A DNA stretch of 15,371 nucleotides, taken from the NCBI GenBank assembly GCA_026996955.1, contig JALWJV010000229.1, forward strand, positions 1 to 15,371, written 5' to 3'. Each line of letters starts with the position of its first letter. The first letter of the stretch is position 1. The notes below the pieces were generated by a model that had not been told where the DNA came from, did not search any database, and saw only the letters and a list, made by a program, of their open reading frames with translations. Origin of the DNA: Deltaproteobacteria bacterium. GTDB lineage: Bacteria > Desulfobacterota > Dissulfuribacteria > Dissulfuribacterales > QOAL01. Shown here one piece after another: positions 1 through 7,557 of the stretch. A program made the position numbers and the translations under genes.

Positions 1-177
1 TCGGCTATATGGGAATTCCTCTGACAAAGGAGATGCAGTAAATACGGCAATCCCGAAGGGTTTCAAAACTGGAAAGCTATAATCGATGTAACTCCTATTA
101 ATTTCGTTGAAAAAACAATTTTCCGGATTTTGAAACGCTCAATCTAGGATACACCTGTTTATTTAAGGAGAGATACC

Positions 178-840
178 ATGAGACACGTAATTCAAGCCAC
201 ACTGTCAATTTTAACCCTTGTATTCTTCATGAGTTCATGTGCTCCGCCTGCCAACAACACACAAAAAGGTGCTATTTATGGAGGGCTTGGAGGGGCTGCA
301 GCAGGTGCCATTGTTGGCCAGGCAATTGGTCATGATACAAAATCAACAGTAACCGGAGCTGCAATCGGCGCTGCAATCGGTTCTGCCTCAGGAGCAGGCA
401 TCGGCTACTACATGGACAAGCAGGAAGAGGCCCTGCGTAATGCAATGGCAGCATCGGATGCAGCATCCATCAGACGTTCCGGAAATGTTCTTGAGGTAAG
501 CTACAAAAGTGATCTGTTGTTTGATATCAACTCGGCAGCCGTGCATCCAGGTGCATATGATGACCTGGACAGGCTTGCCCGTGTGCTTGTTCAGTACCCG
601 GACACCATCATCCAGGTGGCAGGGCATACTGACAGCACCGGCTCAGAAAGCTACAACCTGAGCCTTTCCCAGCGGCGTGCCGAGACAGTGCGCCAGCTCC
701 TGATCCAGCGCGGTGTTGCACCCTCAAGAATAATCGCCATTGGTTACGGCGAGACAATGCCAAGGGCAAGCAACAGCACCGCCTCTGGAAGGCAGATGAA
801 CAGAAGGGTTGAGATAAGGATTCAGCCTGCTGGACCGTAA
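178..840 (+). CDS. OmpA-family outer-membrane lipoprotein (glycine-zipper segment plus OmpA-like peptidoglycan-binding domain)
   Basis: 220 aa ORF with GGAG at 167-170, 7 nt upstream of the ATG. The N-terminal signal peptide ends in a lipobox-like FMSSC. A Gly/Ala-rich glycine-zipper stretch follows (GGLGGAAAGAIVGQAIG...GAAIGAAIGSASGAGIG). The C-terminal domain carries OmpA-type motifs (AGHTDSTGSESYNLSLSQRRAETV, NRRVEIRI). Confidence 0.85.
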   Translation: MRHVIQATLSILTLVFFMSSCAPPANNTQKGAIYGGLGGAAAGAIVGQAIGHDTKSTVTGAAIGAAIGSASGAGIGYYMDKQEEALRNAMAASDAASIRRSGNVLEVSYKSDLLFDINSAAVHPGAYDDLDRLARVLVQYPDTIIQVAGHTDSTGSESYNLSLSQRRAETVRQLLIQRGVAPSRIIAIGYGETMPRASNSTASGRQMNRRVEIRIQPAGP

Positions 841-900
841 CACAGCAATAAAATACATATTTTCAGCACGTTTCAATACATAAACATTGCCATAACGTAT

Positions 901-1100
901 CTATTCAGCGTAGTGAATGGTCTTGTTTTGGAGTGACTATGAAGAATTTCGTAGTTTTTCTTGGCGAAGCGGAGCCAAAAAATCGCGACTGTCTGAGCGA
1001 GGTACGAGCGAGTTTCGCGATTTTGGCATAGCGAGCCTTAGAAAAACAAGAAATTGTTCTCCAGAACGGAAAAACAAGACCATTTACCAATGTTATTTAG
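901..1100 (+). repeat. 200 bp MITE-like palindromic repeat, full copy A
   Basis: Imperfect terminal inverted repeats of about 29 nt: ctattcagcgtagtgaatggtcttgtttt at 901-929, versus the reverse complement of aaaaacaagaccatttaccaatgttatttag at 1070-1100. An internal 10 bp stem pairs aaaatcgcga with tcgcgatttt. By-eye alignment shows the core is roughly 90 percent identical to the reverse complement of 4674-4873. The ORFs predicted inside it look spurious. Confidence 0.8.
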
Positions 1101-1164
1101 GTGAATGCGCTGAACAGTTATTTACCCACAACCATTAAATTTTGTCATTCTGATAAAAATAATA

Positions 1165-1194
1165 TTGACAACCGGGCATATTAAAGGCTATATG
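1165..1194 (+). promoter_or_regulatory. Candidate sigma70-type promoter that would give rho a leader of about 520 nt
   Basis: TTGACA at 1165-1170, a 17-18 nt spacer, then cTATATg at 1188-1194. This is motif matching only, with no transcript evidence. Confidence 0.3.
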
Positions 1195-1720
1195 ACAACA
1201 TCCTGAGGCTACATCTTGTGGATGCCTATTCAGAAACGGTCAGGTTCTGACCAATTTCCAGTTTCTGCAAGTCAAAATATCAGATCATAATCCGCACGAG
1301 GACACAATTTATCTGAAGTTTTATACTCCGTTTTACGAATTAAATTAAAGAGTCAGTCGGGCTTTATATTCGCTTCCTGCCGCAGGCAATGTTGATGGTG
1401 ACTTCCTGAATAAGCTGATTTTCAGGTTGTGTCTGTCATCTTTATGCTGCCGCTGTTGCTTTAATCGTCGTGCTGATTTTGTGTTTCATTCATTAATATT
1501 CAGTAGCCTCAGGTGACTGCAATCCAGGGGGAGAGGGCGGCAGTCTTAAATATAATGATTCTTTGTACTTCTTTGGTGCATATAACTTGTTTCTAAGTTT
1601 AGTAAACAAACCAGTTTTTTTGATAAAATCAGGCATAAACTTTTCCGGGGGTGGCACCCGGAGCCGGTTAACAACCGCAGAAATCACAGGCCACAATCTA
1701 AAGAGGAATTGAGGTGCCAG

Positions 1721-3049
1721 ATGGCGAGAAAACCCAAAAACAACAACAGGGATCAGGGTGGGGAACCCTCGGCAACAAATGGCAATCCCGTGAAGATCAT
1801 GAATCTTAATGATCTTAAAAAACAGCCGGTTACAGAACTTTACCAGCTTGCATCAGAGCTTGGAATAGAGTCGGCCAGGGGCAAGAGAAAACAGGAACTG
1901 ATATTTTCCATTCTCAAGACCCAGATGTCCAGAAGCGGCATTGTATATGCCCAGGGTGTGCTTGAAATCCTGCAGGATGGATTCGGATTTCTCCGCAGCC
2001 CTGATTACAACTATCTGCCAGGGCCGGACGATATTTATGTCTCTCCATCCCAGATAAGGCGCTTTAACCTGAATACCGGCGATACGGTTTCAGGCCAGAT
2101 ACGCCCGCCAAAAGAGGGAGAGCGCTACTTTGCACTGCTGAAGGTTGAATCCCTGAATTTTGATCCGCCGGAAAGCGCCTTTGATAAAATACTCTTTGAC
2201 AACCTGACCCCTCTCTATCCCCAGGAACACCTGCGCCTTGAAACCACCCCTGACAATCTTGGCGCCCGAATCATGGACCTCATAACTCCCATCGGCAAGG
2301 GACAGCGCGGTCTCATCGTGGCCCCGCCCCGTACAGGCAAGACCATGCTTCTCAAGAGCATTGCCAACAGCATCTCGGCCAATCACCCTGAGGTGATAAT
2401 GATTGTGCTGCTTATTGATGAAAGGCCTGAGGAAGTCACTGACATGCAGCGCTCTGTAAATGCAGAGGTCATAAGTTCCACCTTTGACGAACCTGCCCAG
2501 CGGCATGTCCAGGTATCAGAGATGGTGGTTGAAAAGGCAAAGAGGCTGGTTGAACACAAAAAAGACGTGGTAATTCTGCTGGACAGTATCACCAGGCTTG
2601 CACGAGCCTATAACACAGTGGTTCCGCCCAGCGGCAAGATACTTTCAGGTGGTGTTGACTCAAATGCGCTCCAGCGTCCCAAGAGGTTTTTTGGCGCAGC
2701 CAGGAATATTGAGGAGGGCGGAAGCCTTACAATCATTGCCACAGCCCTGATTGATACCGGAAGCCGCATGGATGAAGTTATCTTTGAGGAATTCAAGGGT
2801 ACCGGCAATATGGAAATCGTGCTTGACCGCAAGCTTACGGAAAAACGCATCTTCCCGTCCATTGATATCAACCGTTCAGGCACAAGGAAGGAAGACCTGC
2901 TGCTGCCGCCTGATGTGCTTAACAGGGTGTGGATACTGAGAAAACTCCTCTCACCACTTAATCCTGTGGACAGCATGGAGTTTCTCATGGACAAGATGGC
3001 AAGCACAGAGAGCAATGAAGAGTTCTTAAATTCCATGAACAAGGGCTAG
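1721..3049 (+). CDS. rho: Transcription termination factor Rho
   Basis: Collinear with E. coli Rho from [23 protein letters not shown] onward. It has the RNA-binding region ([15 protein letters not shown]), Walker A (APPRTGKT) and the rest of the RecA-type ATPase core. The ORF track opens at TTG 1709. I prefer ATG 1721 because GAGG at 1711-1714 lies 6 nt upstream. ATG 1799 would give the canonical N-terminus and cannot be excluded. Confidence 0.95.
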   Translation: MARKPKNNNRDQGGEPSATNGNPVKIMNLNDLKKQPVTELYQLASELGIESARGKRKQELIFSILKTQMSRSGIVYAQGVLEILQDGFGFLRSPDYNYLPGPDDIYVSPSQIRRFNLNTGDTVSGQIRPPKEGERYFALLKVESLNFDPPESAFDKILFDNLTPLYPQEHLRLETTPDNLGARIMDLITPIGKGQRGLIVAPPRTGKTMLLKSIANSISANHPEVIMIVLLIDERPEEVTDMQRSVNAEVISSTFDEPAQRHVQVSEMVVEKAKRLVEHKKDVVILLDSITRLARAYNTVVPPSGKILSGGVDSNALQRPKRFFGAARNIEEGGSLTIIATALIDTGSRMDEVIFEEFKGTGNMEIVLDRKLTEKRIFPSIDINRSGTRKEDLLLPPDVLNRVWILRKLLSPLNPVDSMEFLMDKMASTESNEEFLNSMNKG

Positions 3050-3078
3050 CAGTTTGTTTAATGGTAACTGGAGTGTGT

Positions 3079-3107
3079 CTATTCAGTGTGGTAAATGGTC
3101 TTGTTTG
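3079..3107 (+). repeat. Solo terminal-repeat fragment of the 200 bp repeat family
   Basis: ctattcagtgtggtaaatggtcttgtttg matches the reverse complement of 4845-4873 at 28 of 29 positions. The sequence following it has no similarity to the element interior. Confidence 0.65.
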
Positions 3108-3211
3108 TCGGTACGCTGAAACAGAAACGTTTAGTGTTGACTTAAGGCCCTGCAGGTGTTTTTTTATTGCCTGCCTGAAAAAGGCAATTAAATCAGTTTC
3201 AGGAGAATAAA

Positions 3212-3424
3212 ATGAAAGAAGGAATACATCCCAAATATTACAAGGCTACAGCCCGCTGTGCCTGTGGAAATGAGTTTGAGGTTGGTTCAACCATTGAGGA
3301 GATAAAGGTTGAAATCTGCGCCAAGTGTCATCCGTTTTTTACCGGAAAGCAGAAGCTGGTTGACACTGCCGGGCGTATTGAAAAATTCCGTAAGAAATAC
3401 GGTGACAAGGCTGCTGCAAAATAG
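3212..3424 (+). CDS. rpmE: 50S ribosomal protein L31, zinc-binding (type A) form
   Basis: 70 aa ORF beginning MKEGIHPKY with AGGAG at 3201-3205. It carries the CxC...CxxC cysteine pattern (CACGNEF...[12 protein letters not shown]) typical of Zn-ribbon L31. Confidence 0.95.
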   Translation: MKEGIHPKYYKATARCACGNEFEVGSTIEEIKVEICAKCHPFFTGKQKLVDTAGRIEKFRKKYGDKAAAK

Positions 3425-3536
3425 ATTTTTGATTTGTATGCCCAAGGGGATTAATCAGGATTTTTCGTATAAAGCCCTGGTCTAACATTTTCAGTGCAAC
3501 CGTCGTGTCAGGGATTTTAAACTCCGCCAGCGCATA

Positions 3537-4619
3537 ATGGATCTTACCGCCAAGTTACAGGAACTTGAAGAACGGTACTCCCAGCTTGAAAAGGAGCTGA
3601 GTGACCCGGATGTCTTCAAGGACCAGAAAAAATATCAGGCAATTGCCAAGGAGCATTCTGATCTAGGAGCCGTGGTTAAGGTAAACCGCGAGTTTCGTGA
3701 AGTACAGCAGCAGTGTGCCGAGAACAGGGAGCTTCTTAATGATCCGGATCCTGACATGCAGGAGCTTGCCAGGGCTGAACTGGAAGAGCTTGAGGCCCGC
3801 TCTGAGGAACTTGAGGCAAAACTTAAACAACTGCTGTTGCCCAAGGACCCGCTGGACGAAAAGAATGTCATCCTTGAAATAAGGGCAGGGACCGGTGGAG
3901 ATGAGGCAGCGCTTTTCGCAGCAGACCTGTTTCGTATGTACTGCCGTTATGCTGAAGAAAAACACTGGAAGGTTGAAATCCTCAGTGAACACTCCACAGG
4001 CATAGGCGGCTACAAGGAGGTCATTGCAATGATTTCCGGAAACAGGGTTTACAGTCACCTGAAGTATGAAAGTGGTACCCACAGGGTTCAGCGGGTGCCA
4101 GATACAGAGACACAGGGCCGTATTCATACATCGGCAGTGACAGTGGCCGTGCTCCCGGAGGCCGATGATGTTGATGTGGAGATTGATCCCTCTGACCTCA
4201 GAATTGACGTTTACCGGGCATCAGGCGCCGGTGGCCAGCATGTAAACAAGACAGAATCCGCAGTTCGCATAACCCATATACCCTCAGGTCTTGTGGTGCA
4301 GTGCCAGGATGAAAGGTCCCAGCACAAGAACCGTGCAAAGGCCATGAAGGTGCTTGCCGCAAGGCTGCTTGACCTTGAAAAACGCAAACAGCATGAACAG
4401 TTAAGCGCTGAGCGCAAACAGTTGGTGGGCTCTGGTGACAGGAGCGAACGGATAAGGACCTACAACTTCCCCCAGGGCAGGGTTACCGACCACCGGATAG
4501 GGCTCACCCTTTACAAGCTTGAGGCTGTTATGCAGGGAGATCTTGATGAGCTTATTGAGGCACTGGGCACATACTTCCAGGCCCAGGCACTTGCAGCCGG
4601 AAGTGAATCTGCAAGCTGA
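3537..4619 (+). CDS. prfA: Peptide chain release factor 1
   Basis: 360 aa. The PxT tripeptide-anticodon region reads [18 protein letters not shown] (4098-4106). The GGQ motif reads [16 protein letters not shown] (4230-4238). It is full-length collinear with RF1. Confidence 0.95.
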   Translation: MDLTAKLQELEERYSQLEKELSDPDVFKDQKKYQAIAKEHSDLGAVVKVNREFREVQQQCAENRELLNDPDPDMQELARAELEELEARSEELEAKLKQLLLPKDPLDEKNVILEIRAGTGGDEAALFAADLFRMYCRYAEEKHWKVEILSEHSTGIGGYKEVIAMISGNRVYSHLKYESGTHRVQRVPDTETQGRIHTSAVTVAVLPEADDVDVEIDPSDLRIDVYRASGAGGQHVNKTESAVRITHIPSGLVVQCQDERSQHKNRAKAMKVLAARLLDLEKRKQHEQLSAERKQLVGSGDRSERIRTYNFPQGRVTDHRIGLTLYKLEAVMQGDLDELIEALGTYFQAQALAAGSESAS

Positions 4620-4673
4620 ACCCTGCCCTTATTCTGTTTCTTTTCTTCTTTGTAACTGTTCAGCATAATTTTG

Positions 4674-4873
4674 TTAATGAAGGTTGGTAATTGGTCTTGT
4701 TTTTCCGTTCCGGTGAACAATTTCTTGTTTTTCTAAGGCTTGCTTCGCCAAAATCGCAAAACTCGCTCGTCCCTCGCTCAGACAGACGCGATTTTTTGGC
4801 TGCGCTTCGCCAAGAAAAACTACGAAATTCTTCAAAGTCACTCTAAAACAAGACCATTTACCACACTGAATAG
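4674..4873 (-). repeat. 200 bp MITE-like palindromic repeat, full copy B, inverted relative to copy A
   Basis: The reverse complement aligns end to end with 901-1100. I counted about 11 mismatches across the roughly 165 nt core. Terminal repeats are ttaatgaaggttggtaattggtcttgttttt and aaaacaagaccatttaccacactgaatag. It occupies most of the prfA-prmC spacer. Confidence 0.8.
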
Positions 4874-4937
4874 ATGCCTTCTTTTAAGCTTTTACAACAC
4901 CGGTAAAACGCAGTGTCAGGCATTGTGCCATTAATGA

Positions 4938-5873
4938 ATGACAGTTGATCAGGCACTTAGAATAATCGCCAAACGCCTTTCCCATGATGTGGCTTCTGAA
5001 AGGCCCAAATCCCAAATCGAAAATCCTCTCCTTGAGGCTGAAATACTGCTCTCTCACCTTCTTAATATGGAAAGGTGGCAGCTCAAGACCCGTGGCAGCA
5101 AACTCATAGAACCTGACCTGTACAGCCAACTGGAAACACTTGCGGCAAGACGCCTTGAAGGTGAGCCCCTGGCCTATCTTCTTGGTGTTAAAGAGTTCTG
5201 GTCAAGGGAGTTTCTGGTATCAAGTTCAACCCTCATTCCCCGCCCTGAGACTGAACTTCTGGTTGAAAGGGCAATTTCACTGTGCCCAGATAAAAACAAT
5301 CCGTTTATCCTTGATGCCGGGACAGGTAGCGGCATTATTGCAATTACACTTGCACTTGAACTCCCGGGTGCACTGATTGTTGCAACTGATATCTCTTTTG
5401 ATGCCCTCTGTACAGCCAAGCAAAACTTAAACAAATATGCAGATGAAATAAGTGACAATTCATCCAGGATATTTTTTGTTAACAGTGACTGGCTGGGAGG
5501 AATTAAAAAATCCCCCAGCTTTGACATCGTGGTATCAAACCCGCCATATATTGGCACACAGGAGGCAGAGCTCCTGGCGCCCGATGTTATCAGATACGAA
5601 CCACGGCAGGCACTGTTTGCAGGCAGCAGCGGACTTGATGCCATAAAGGAGCTTTTGGGCACAGTTCCTGATGTATTGTGTCCTGAAGGGTGGTTTTTAT
5701 GTGAAATAGGATACTTGCAGGGGGAAGATGTGCTTGAAATGGCAAGGAAATCCGGGAGATATGATTCCTGCAAAATAGAAAAGGACCTAGCCGGAATGGA
5801 CCGGATGCTCGTGGCCTCAAAAAAGGCCAGCAAAAAAGGGAATGAGCCGCTTACACGGCATCATTCCCTGTAA
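4938..5873 (+). CDS. prmC: Release factor glutamine N5-methyltransferase (PrmC/HemK)
   Basis: 311 aa with the SAM-binding motif ILDAGTGSGIIAI and the catalytic VSNPPYI (NPPY) motif. It has the conserved position downstream of prfA. There is a short basic C-terminal tail. Confidence 0.9.
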   Translation: MTVDQALRIIAKRLSHDVASERPKSQIENPLLEAEILLSHLLNMERWQLKTRGSKLIEPDLYSQLETLAARRLEGEPLAYLLGVKEFWSREFLVSSSTLIPRPETELLVERAISLCPDKNNPFILDAGTGSGIIAITLALELPGALIVATDISFDALCTAKQNLNKYADEISDNSSRIFFVNSDWLGGIKKSPSFDIVVSNPPYIGTQEAELLAPDVIRYEPRQALFAGSSGLDAIKELLGTVPDVLCPEGWFLCEIGYLQGEDVLEMARKSGRYDSCKIEKDLAGMDRMLVASKKASKKGNEPLTRHHSL

Positions 5874-5896
5874 AGTTAAAAACTTGACCCGAGGCC

Positions 5897-6091
5897 CTAT
5901 CTTCTGCGCCTGCGGCGTGCCTTGCGGCGTCTTCTTTCGGCTTCCTGCATCTTGCGGCGCCGCTTTACACTTGGTTTTTCGTAAAAACGGCGATTCTTGA
6001 GCTCTCGTTGAATCCCGTCGAGCTGCATCTTCTTCTTGAGCACACGGAGAGCCTTTTCCAGGTTGTCCTGGACTTCAACTACAATCGCCAA
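5897..6091 (-). CDS. rpsU: 30S ribosomal protein S21
   Basis: 64 aa, very basic, with S21-like sequence ([37 protein letters not shown]). It has a TTG start preceded by AAGGGGGG about 6 nt upstream on the minus strand. Confidence 0.88.
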   Translation of the reverse strand: MAIVVEVQDNLEKALRVLKKKMQLDGIQRELKNRRFYEKPSVKRRRKMQEAERRRRKARRRRRR

Positions 6092-6124
6092 GGGAATCCC
6101 CCCTTTCTTTTTTAGAATTTCCGG

Positions 6125-6153
6125 ATTATATCAGGTTGGCTTTTTACAATCAA
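6125..6153 (-). promoter_or_regulatory. Candidate sigma70 promoter for rpsU
   Basis: On the minus strand: TTGATT (6153-6148), an exact 17 nt spacer, then TATAAT (6130-6125). The -10 element ends about 33 nt upstream of the rpsU start codon. Confidence 0.5.
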
Positions 6154-6400
6154 TAAAAAAATACCTTCTGGTTCCCTGCTCGACTATAATGTAGTTTAGG
6201 TGTAAAATTTTCCTATCTGCTCAAATAGTGCCGCATCTGCTGCTTTCTCAGGGGCTGGAACGCCTGTGCCCTCATTAGCATTGCATTTGCAGCAACGTGG
6301 GAGCAGATACATTGCATGAAAAATGTCTTTCCAGCTTTGCAACCTTCGAGCGGAGAAAGCAGTTATAAATTTGGACATATAACAATGAATGGAGGCAACC

Positions 6401-7456
6401 ATGTCCGACCTGACCATAAAAGATAAAAACAGGGCAGTTGACGCTGCCCTGAGCCAGATACAGAAACAGTTTGGAAAGGGCGCTGTAATGCGCCTTGGTG
6501 ACAAGGGGAGTGTTGAGGATGTAGCTGTTATTCCAACCGGTTCCATTGCCGTTGATATTGCAACAGGCGTAGGCGGGGTGCCAAGGGGAAGGATAGTGGA
6601 AATATTCGGACCCGAATCTTCAGGCAAGACCACCCTTGCACTTCACATTATTGCAGAGGCTCAGAAGTCAGGTGGCATTGCTGCCTTTATTGATGCAGAA
6701 CACGCAATGGACCCTGTTTATGCCTCAAAACTGGGGGTAAATACCGAAGACCTCCTCATATCACAGCCCGATTACGGCGAGCAGGCACTTGAGATAGCAG
6801 ATTCTCTGGTTAGAAGCGGTGCGCTGGATATCATAGTGATTGACTCTGTTGCCGCCCTTGTGCCAAAGGCAGAGATTGAGGGCGAAATGGGGGATACCCA
6901 TGTGGGCCTTCAGGCACGGCTCATGTCGCAGGCACTCAGGAAACTTACTGCCAATCTCAACAAGACCAACACCGTGCTTATTTTCATCAATCAGATTCGC
7001 ATGAAAATAGGCGTGATGTTTGGAAACCCCGAGACAACCACTGGCGGTAACGCCCTAAAATTTTACTCCACTATGCGCCTTGATATAAGGCGGACTGCAG
7101 CCCTGAAGGAAGGAGCAGACGTGATAGGCAACCGGACAAAGGTAAAGGTTGTAAAGAACAAGATTGCGCCTCCCTTCAAACAGGCTGAGTTTGATATCTA
7201 CTACGGAGAGGGGATTTCCAGGGAAAGCTCACTGCTGGACCTTGGGGTTGCCGTTGACATAATTGAAAAGAGCGGGGCATGGTACTCATATAACGGCGAG
7301 CGCATGGGGCAGGGCAGAGAGAATGTAAGGAATTTCATGAAGGAAAACCCTGAAATTACATCAGAGATAGAAAACCGGGTTCGTGAGGCCTATGGCCTGC
7401 CTCCCCTTGAAAAGACAACGACAGAGGCAGAAACTGAAGAGGCTGCCGACTCCTGA
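6401..7456 (+). CDS. recA: Recombinase RecA
   Basis: Near-perfect RecA collinearity, including Walker [11 protein letters not shown], the L1/L2 loop regions and an acidic C-terminal tail. The ORF track starts at 6389, but GGAGG at 6391-6395 sits 5 nt before ATG 6401. That start gives the typical N-terminus [17 protein letters not shown]. Confidence 0.97.
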   Translation: MSDLTIKDKNRAVDAALSQIQKQFGKGAVMRLGDKGSVEDVAVIPTGSIAVDIATGVGGVPRGRIVEIFGPESSGKTTLALHIIAEAQKSGGIAAFIDAEHAMDPVYASKLGVNTEDLLISQPDYGEQALEIADSLVRSGALDIIVIDSVAALVPKAEIEGEMGDTHVGLQARLMSQALRKLTANLNKTNTVLIFINQIRMKIGVMFGNPETTTGGNALKFYSTMRLDIRRTAALKEGADVIGNRTKVKVVKNKIAPPFKQAEFDIYYGEGISRESSLLDLGVAVDIIEKSGAWYSYNGERMGQGRENVRNFMKENPEITSEIENRVREAYGLPPLEKTTTEAETEEAADS

Positions 7457-7557
7457 TAAGGTGTCTTTGGCACAAAAGAGAGGTTGGGTTTTCTGTACCT
7501 GCCTGGTAAAGGTCAAAACTTGATAATTGAAAAACATACATTTTGTCAACAGATTAT

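Noticed and set aside
60-136. 9 bp inverted repeat gtttcaaaa / ttttgaaac flanking 59 nt upstream of the OmpA-family gene
   Set aside because: A 9 bp inverted repeat within 100 nt is expected a few times by chance in a window of this size, and there is no supporting promoter or structure context.
905-1138. ORFs of 61 and 73 aa (905-1090 minus, 917-1138 plus), and the 64 aa ORF at 4740-4934, all lying inside the repeat elements
   Set aside because: They fall entirely within the palindromic repeat. They have no ribosome-binding sites, their composition is low-complexity, and the reading frames are not conserved between the two copies. They are most likely artefacts of the repeat.
1226-1233. ctattcag octamer identical to the outer tip of the repeat element
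   Set aside because: It is only 8 nt with no adjacent aatggtcttg core, which is consistent with chance.
1652-1668. TGGCAC motif resembling a sigma54 -24 element upstream of rho
   Set aside because: The downstream GC dinucleotide is two positions too close and there is no TTGC -12 element. The motif forms part of a small hairpin instead.
1493-1696. 67 aa minus-strand ORF in the rho upstream region
   Set aside because: It has a TTG start and no Shine-Dalgarno sequence. The Pro/Lys-rich sequence has no recognisable motif, and it lies in AT-rich leader-like DNA. There is not enough evidence to call a gene.
3146-3167. ggccctgcaggtg followed by a run of seven T, as a possible rho terminator
   Set aside because: cctgcagg is a contiguous palindrome with no loop, so it cannot form a stable stem before the T run. 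The nearby attgcct-N9-aggcaat hairpin (3165-3187) lacks a T tract.
4098-4106. The RF1 tripeptide anticodon reads P-D-T rather than the textbook PAT/PVT
   Set aside because: The motif is defined as PxT with a variable middle residue, and the rest of the protein is canonical RF1. Without an alignment I cannot say Asp is unusual enough to matter.
6362-6383. GTTATA-N10-TATAAC palindrome just upstream of the recA ribosome-binding site, considered as an SOS/LexA operator
   Set aside because: Six-bp arms at an arbitrary spacing are expected several times by chance in 15 kb. It matches none of the LexA box consensus sequences I know (CTGT-N8-ACAG, GAAC-N4-GTTC, GGTT-N10-ACC types).
7457-7557. Absence of recX between recA and alaS
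   Set aside because: The 100 nt gap has no ORF. recX is not universally linked to recA, so its absence here is only a synteny note.
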